A stretch of 64,000 nucleotides of DNA, taken from an uncultured Gemmatimonadaceae bacterium. Lineage in GTDB: Bacteria; Gemmatimonadota; Gemmatimonadetes; Gemmatimonadales; Gemmatimonadaceae. This document shows positions 59,225-64,000 of this stretch, in pieces. Both the position numbers and the translations under genes were made by a program. The DNA is taken from positions 384,001-448,000 of the forward strand of contig CAWFQK010000002.1 in the NCBI GenBank assembly GCA_963817955.1, written 5' to 3'. Each line of letters starts with the position of its first letter. The stretch's first letter is position 1. The notes below the pieces were generated by a model. That model saw only the letters and a list, made by a program, of their open reading frames with translations, had not been told where the DNA came from and did not search any database.

Positions 59225-59301
59225 GGGATCCTTCGCTTCGCTCAGGATGACAGGCTGGTCAGGATGACAGGATGGTCAGGCCGCTCAGGATGACAGGATG
59301 G
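59225..59301 (-). repeat. REP-like repeat plus partial tandem copies between etfB and etfA
   Basis: GGGATCCTTCGCTTCGCTCAGGATGACA; TCAGGATGACAGG x3. Confidence 0.85.
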
Positions 59302-60054
59302 TCACAGAATCTTCGCTTCGGTCTGCAGAAGACGAACGAGCTCGGGGACCGCGGCAACCCCTTCGCCAATGATCCGACCCGCCGGACGCTCGGGCGGCAG
59401 CTCCATCGACTTGACCGTGATCCGCGCCTCGCCGAGCTGCGCGGGCTTGCTCTCCATCGGCTTCTTCTTTGCCGACATGATGCCCTTGAGCGACGGATAA
59501 CGCGGCCGCGCAATGCCCTCGTCGATCGTCACCACGGCGGGTAGCGGGAACTCGACGATTTCGGCTGCGCCCTCGAGCTCGCGGCGTGCCGTGCCGCGGC
59601 CGTTCGCGATGTCGAGCTTGGACGCCGCGGTGACGCATGGGACGCCGAGCAATTCAGCCGTCGCCGTCCCGACGATGCCGGATGACGTATCGAACGCGTG
59701 CTTGCCGAACAGTATCAGATCGAACCCACCGTTCTTGAGCTCCGAGGCGAGCGCCTTGGCAACCGCGAGGCCGTCGTAAGGAATGCCGTCGGTCTTGAGC
59801 TGCACCGCGCGATCGATTCCCATGCTCATCGCTTTGCGCAGCGTCTCCTGAACGCTGTCAGGGCCCACGGCGTAGACCACGGTCTCGCCTGGGCCCTGCT
59901 TTTCATTGAGCTGCAGCGCGACTTCCACCGCATAACTGGCGAAGTCGTCGATGTCGAATTTGAGCCCCGTCTCGTCGATCGCTGTCGTGGACGCGGCAAC
60001 CTTGAAGCGTGACTCCGAATCCGGAGTGCGCTTGATACAGACGGCAATTTTCAC
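59302..60054 (-). CDS. etfB: Electron transfer flavoprotein beta subunit
   Basis: MKIAVCIKRTPD, MGIDRA, DLILFGK, RELEG, PRYPSLKGIM. Confidence 0.96.
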   Translation of the reverse strand: MKIAVCIKRTPDSESRFKVAASTTAIDETGLKFDIDDFASYAVEVALQLNEKQGPGETVVYAVGPDSVQETLRKAMSMGIDRAVQLKTDGIPYDGLAVAKALASELKNGGFDLILFGKHAFDTSSGIVGTATAELLGVPCVTAASKLDIANGRGTARRELEGAAEIVEFPLPAVVTIDEGIARPRYPSLKGIMSAKKKPMESKPAQLGEARITVKSMELPPERPAGRIIGEGVAAVPELVRLLQTEAKIL

Positions 60055-60166
60055 CGCCGGACCTCACTCGGGTTTGAATTCAGGCGCAAGTTAGCCGAGC
60101 AACGTCCCTTTGTCAGTCGGGTCCGTAACGTCAGGGATTGGGTGGATCCGCCCACACGTCTGCGCG

Positions 60167-61339
60167 CTACTTGAACGCGTTCATCCCTGTTACGGCCTGG
60201 CCCAGGATGAGCGAGTGCACATCGTGCGTGCCTTCGTACGTGTAGACGCTCTCCAGATTCGCCATGTGCCGCATGGCCGAGTACTCGGCCAGGATGCCGT
60301 TGGCGCCAAGGAGCCGGCGCGTCTCCCGCGCAATGTCCGTCGCCATGCTGACGTTGTTGCGTTTGGCGAGCGACACCTGCTGGGGCGTGAGGGTGCCGAG
60401 ATCCTTGAGACGCCCAAGGTGCAGCGACACTAACTGCGCCTTCACGATTTCAGTGAGCATGTCGGCGAGCCGCACCTGCTGGATCTGGAAGCCGCCGATC
60501 GGCCGGTCGAACATGATGCGCGTCTTCGAGTACGCCAGCGCTTCCTCGAAACAGGCCATCGCCGCGCCAATCGCGCCCCAGGAGATACCGTAGCGCGCCT
60601 GCGTCAGACACATGAGCGGACTCTTGAGGCCGCCCGACTTCGGCAAGATCGCGTCGGCGGGGAGCTCGAGGTCCTGAAACACCAACTCGCTCGTGTCACT
60701 GGCACGGAGCGAGAGCTTGCCCTTCTGATCCTTGGCCTTGAAGCCCTTGCTGTCTGTGGGGACGACGAATCCACGAATCGACCGGTCGGCCTTGTCACCG
60801 TTCGTCTTTGCCCAGACCACCGCGATGTGCGCCGCAGACCCATTGGTGATCCACATCTTGGCGCCGTTGACGAGCCACGTGCCGTCCTTCTGCTCGTGCG
60901 CCATGGTGATCATACCCGATGGATTCGAGCCGAAATCCGGCTCGGTGAGGCCAAAGCAGCCGATCACCTCGCCCTTGGCCATGCGCGGCAGATACTTCCT
61001 TTTCTGTTCTTCGCTGCCGAACGCGTAGATCGGATACATGGCCAGCGCGCCCTGCACCGACGCGAACGAGCGTACGCCCGAGTCGCCACGCTCGAGCTCC
61101 TGCATTATGAGGCCGTAGGCCACGTTGTTCAGCCCCGCGCAGCCGTACTCCTCGGGCAGGTTCGCACCGAACACGCCGAGCTCGGCGAGATCGGGCAGAA
61201 TTTCGCGTGGGAAGCGGCCGTCCACGTACGCTTGGCCGATGATCGGCATCACGCGTTCGTCAACGAACTGGCGCACGCTGTCGCGAACGGCGCGTTCTTC
61301 TTCCGACAGGACTGAATCGATATTGAGAAAGTCGAGCAT
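60167..61339 (-). CDS. Acyl-CoA dehydrogenase, glutaryl-CoA dehydrogenase-like
   Basis: ELERGDSG, FGLTEP, KMWITN, ARYGISWG, TYEGTHD. Confidence 0.93.
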   Translation of the reverse strand: MLDFLNIDSVLSEEERAVRDSVRQFVDERVMPIIGQAYVDGRFPREILPDLAELGVFGANLPEEYGCAGLNNVAYGLIMQELERGDSGVRSFASVQGALAMYPIYAFGSEEQKRKYLPRMAKGEVIGCFGLTEPDFGSNPSGMITMAHEQKDGTWLVNGAKMWITNGSAAHIAVVWAKTNGDKADRSIRGFVVPTDSKGFKAKDQKGKLSLRASDTSELVFQDLELPADAILPKSGGLKSPLMCLTQARYGISWGAIGAAMACFEEALAYSKTRIMFDRPIGGFQIQQVRLADMLTEIVKAQLVSLHLGRLKDLGTLTPQQVSLAKRNNVSMATDIARETRRLLGANGILAEYSAMRHMANLESVYTYEGTHDVHSLILGQAVTGMNAFK

Positions 61340-61368
61340 TGGGGTCTGGTTTAGGTGTGCGAAATCTA

Positions 61369-62076
61369 CTACCGCCGTGCGACGGCGCGCTTCGCCGCCG
61401 CTTCAATCCCCACTTCGCGGGCTTTGTCGCGGAAGGCCCGCAAGTGGTCGATGGGCCGGCCAGTCTCGTCCTGCCACTGGTGCACCATCTCGTGCAGCAG
61501 TGTGTGGAGCGCTTCGTCCCACCCGTGTCGGCGCAGGTGGCTCCAGCTGATCGCGATCTCGGCACCGACGCCACCGGCCGCCGCCGAATAATGACCAAGG
61601 CGGCTCTGCATGCGACGCGACACGCGCACGGGTACGGGCTTGAGGGCGCCGCCGAAATGCTCGCCATTGAGCCGGGCATGCCAGAGGGTGAGGCGCTCGG
61701 CGAGCGGCTCATCGTCCGGCCGCGTGCGCTGGCGGCGCGTGGGGGCCCGCGGGGGCACCGAGACCTTGAACGACACGATCCGCTTCTGCGCCAGGCGCCG
61801 CTCGGCACGCGTGCGTCCTTCGACAAACGTGACGATCGCCTGATGCACGTCGGCCGGTGCCGCGAGATACCCCTCGTGCACGCGAAGGTCCAGTCCGCGA
61901 AAGCTCACCATCACGTTGCGGTTGGCGGTGAGCCGACAGCGCGCAATCCGTTTCAGTCCCATGGCACGCAATCGTTCGAGCAGGTCATCGGCGGTGCGCG
62001 GCACGGCGTCGAGATCCAGCGCAAGCTGGGCGGGGTCGCGTCGGGGGCCGAAAACCGATCTCAGCGCGCGTAGCAT
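61369..62076 (-). CDS. SprT-like zinc metalloprotease
   Basis: SRRMQSRLG, TLLHEMVH, DH. Confidence 0.85.
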   Translation of the reverse strand: MLRALRSVFGPRRDPAQLALDLDAVPRTADDLLERLRAMGLKRIARCRLTANRNVMVSFRGLDLRVHEGYLAAPADVHQAIVTFVEGRTRAERRLAQKRIVSFKVSVPPRAPTRRQRTRPDDEPLAERLTLWHARLNGEHFGGALKPVPVRVSRRMQSRLGHYSAAAGGVGAEIAISWSHLRRHGWDEALHTLLHEMVHQWQDETGRPIDHLRAFRDKAREVGIEAAAKRAVARR

Positions 62077-62888
62077 TTCACGGGTCCCGCGACAAAGTCG
62101 CGCTCGTCATCGGACCACAAGAGCGTGGAGACCTCGATGTCGTTCTCGGTGATACGGATGCTGTTGACGGACGACGGCCGGCCGCCGCGCGACCGATTGC
62201 TGATCGTTCCCGACGTGGAGATGATCGTGCCGCGCTTGGTGTGCTCTATGTAATGCACGGCTTCCTGGTGATCGTGGCCGCAGAGCACCAGGTTGACGTC
62301 CATCTCGGCGAACGCACCCAGGATGCGTTGTGTGTTCTTCAGCCCGTGGCGCTGCGACAGCTCGCCCTTCACGGGATTGTGGTGCATGACGATGATCCGC
62401 GCATCGCCGGCACGCGACTGTTCGAATTCCGCGCGCGCGCGCTCGATCTGTCCCCGGCTCAGATGACCGATGATCGAAATGTCGCGCATGTTCCAGGTGA
62501 GCGTCTGGCGCATCACGCCTTGAGACGTGTTCAGCCCGACGAAGCTGGCTCCGGGCACGCGGAGTACCGGCTCGAGGTCCTTACTGATGTACGCCCGATA
62601 CTTGGCGAACATCCTCATGGGATCGCCGAATCCAAGCGGCGAGAGCCACCAGGCCACGTCATGATTGCCCGGCACAACGATAGTCTGGCTGACCTTCTCG
62701 GCCTGCCGGATGAATTCGCGCGCACGCTGGAACTCTCCCGCCCGCGCCCGCTGGGAGACATCGCCCGAGATGGCCACCACATCGTACTTGCGGTCCTGGA
62801 TCAGCGCGTCGATCGCCTCGTACTGCTCGGGCACCGCCGGGTGACCGAAGTGCAGATCACTGCAATGAAACAGGGTCGTGAGGCTCAC
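62061..62888 (-). CDS. Calcineurin-like metallophosphoesterase
   Basis: SDLHFG, SGD, PGNHD, HHN, CGHDH; GTG start overlapping the upstream stop. Confidence 0.9.
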   Translation of the reverse strand: MSLTTLFHCSDLHFGHPAVPEQYEAIDALIQDRKYDVVAISGDVSQRARAGEFQRAREFIRQAEKVSQTIVVPGNHDVAWWLSPLGFGDPMRMFAKYRAYISKDLEPVLRVPGASFVGLNTSQGVMRQTLTWNMRDISIIGHLSRGQIERARAEFEQSRAGDARIIVMHHNPVKGELSQRHGLKNTQRILGAFAEMDVNLVLCGHDHQEAVHYIEHTKRGTIISTSGTISNRSRGGRPSSVNSIRITENDIEVSTLLWSDDERDFVAGPVKCYAR

Positions 62889-63898
62889 AACTTGGCGATG
62901 ATGGCGTCTGTGAACTGATCGGTGGTGGCGGTGCCACCGAGGTCGCGCGTCACGGTTTCCCCTGCACGGACGGTGCGTTCGAGTGCGGCGCGAATCCGCT
63001 TGGCATGATCGTGGTTCCCGATATGATCGAGCATCATACAGGCTGCCAGCACGAGTGCGCACGGGTTGGCCACGCCCCGGCCGGCAATATCGGGCGCCGT
63101 TCCGTGTACCGCCTCGAAGATGGCGCCGTTCACGCCAATGTTCGCGCCCGGCGCCAGCCCCAGGCCGCCGACCAGGCCGGAGATCTGATCCGACAAGATG
63201 TCGCCAAACAGATTCGTCGTCACGATGACGTCGAACCGTTCTGGATGGAGCACCAGGTTCATGGCCATGGCGTCCACGATGCGCTCTTCGAACACGATCT
63301 GGCCGGCGTAGTCGCGGGCGACCATGCGGCCTGTATCGAGGAATAGCCCCTGCGAGAACTTCAAGATGTTCGCCTTGTGCACGAGCGTGACCTTCTTGCG
63401 CCCGTGCTTCACCGCGTACTCGAAGGCGTAGCGCACGATACGCTCCGAACCGGCGCGGGTGATGATCGCGATCGACTCCGCCGCGGCGCGTGGGTCGTCG
63501 CCCACGCGGATGTAGTGCTCGATACCGACGTACAAGCCCTCGGTGTTCTCGCGAATCATCACGAGATCGAGGTCCTGGTATCGTCCATCCGACAAGATCG
63601 AATAGGCGGGACGGACGTTGGCGTAGAGATCGAACGTCTTGCGGAGGGCGACGTTGCTCGATCGATACCCTTCACCAATGGGTGTCTCGAGCGGGCCCTT
63701 CAGGGCAAGCTTCGTGCGTCGAATCGAGTCCAGCGTCGCGTCGGGAATCGGATCGCCGAAACGAGCGATGCCGGCCATACCCGCGAGTTGGGTATCCCAC
63801 TCGATATTCGCGCCGGCCGCGTCCAGGATGCGGACTGTGGCGTTCGCGATGGACGGCCCAATGCCGTCGCCGGGAATGAGCGTTACTTGAGTCGACAT
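62885..63898 (-). CDS. Isocitrate/isopropylmalate dehydrogenase family (NAD-dependent IDH-like)
   Basis: IPGDGIGP, RENTEG, HKANI, NLFGDILSD, EAVHGTAPDIAG, TRDLGG. Confidence 0.93.
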   Translation of the reverse strand: MSTQVTLIPGDGIGPSIANATVRILDAAGANIEWDTQLAGMAGIARFGDPIPDATLDSIRRTKLALKGPLETPIGEGYRSSNVALRKTFDLYANVRPAYSILSDGRYQDLDLVMIRENTEGLYVGIEHYIRVGDDPRAAAESIAIITRAGSERIVRYAFEYAVKHGRKKVTLVHKANILKFSQGLFLDTGRMVARDYAGQIVFEERIVDAMAMNLVLHPERFDVIVTTNLFGDILSDQISGLVGGLGLAPGANIGVNGAIFEAVHGTAPDIAGRGVANPCALVLAACMMLDHIGNHDHAKRIRAALERTVRAGETVTRDLGGTATTDQFTDAIIAKL

Positions 63899-63930
63899 GA
63901 ATCAGTGCTGAAGGTGTTGGGGGCGCGGGC

Positions 63931-64000
63931 TCACGGCACGGCCACCACGTTCGCCAGGCGCGCGGCAATGCTTGCCGTAATGGCCGGTCCGAACGCCGCG
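63931..64000 (-). CDS. Possible 3' end of a gene entering from the right edge
   Basis: Frame ...AAFGPAITASIAARLANVVAVP* ends 32 nt before the IDH start. Confidence 0.3.
   Translation of the reverse strand, partial: AAFGPAITASIAARLANVVAVP

Overview
GC-rich bacterial chromosomal window. Gene content and style suggest Gemmatimonadota (inference only). It is mostly housekeeping and envelope genes: a GspE/PilB-type ATPase cut by the left edge, trpE, an FHA-GAF-adenylate cyclase, an LPS core cluster, maf, dtd, yceI/marR, glmS/glmM, purD, mutM, an ECF sigma/anti-sigma/bactofilin-like locus, MATE, mrp, nrnA, guaB, gpmI, queD, mobA, dacB, moeA, an ETF/acyl-CoA dehydrogenase/Fe-S oxidoreductase cluster and an isocitrate dehydrogenase family gene. 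No rRNA, tRNA or CRISPR array was recognised. The one clearly accessory region is about 28.76-35.86 kb. There, the 3' end of a SAM hydrolase/halogenase-family gene and its downstream intergenic DNA are present twice, 5981 bp apart. The left copy carries a 449-bp block of 19 ungapped 21-bp repeats flanked by TGGCAG, which the right copy lacks. The right copy is interrupted by about 5.3 kb of IS1182/IS4/IS630 remnants, a degenerate ftsZ fragment and two secreted carboxypeptidase-regulatory-domain genes. Other observations: a probable leaderless marR with a shared operator, an ECF-type promoter between the sigma and anti-sigma genes, 7-bp tandem arrays, a 260-bp MITE-like palindrome, REP-like repeats, a split Ig-like lipoprotein gene and a probable CTG start for mobA. 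All product calls come from motifs recognised by eye; no database searches were run.
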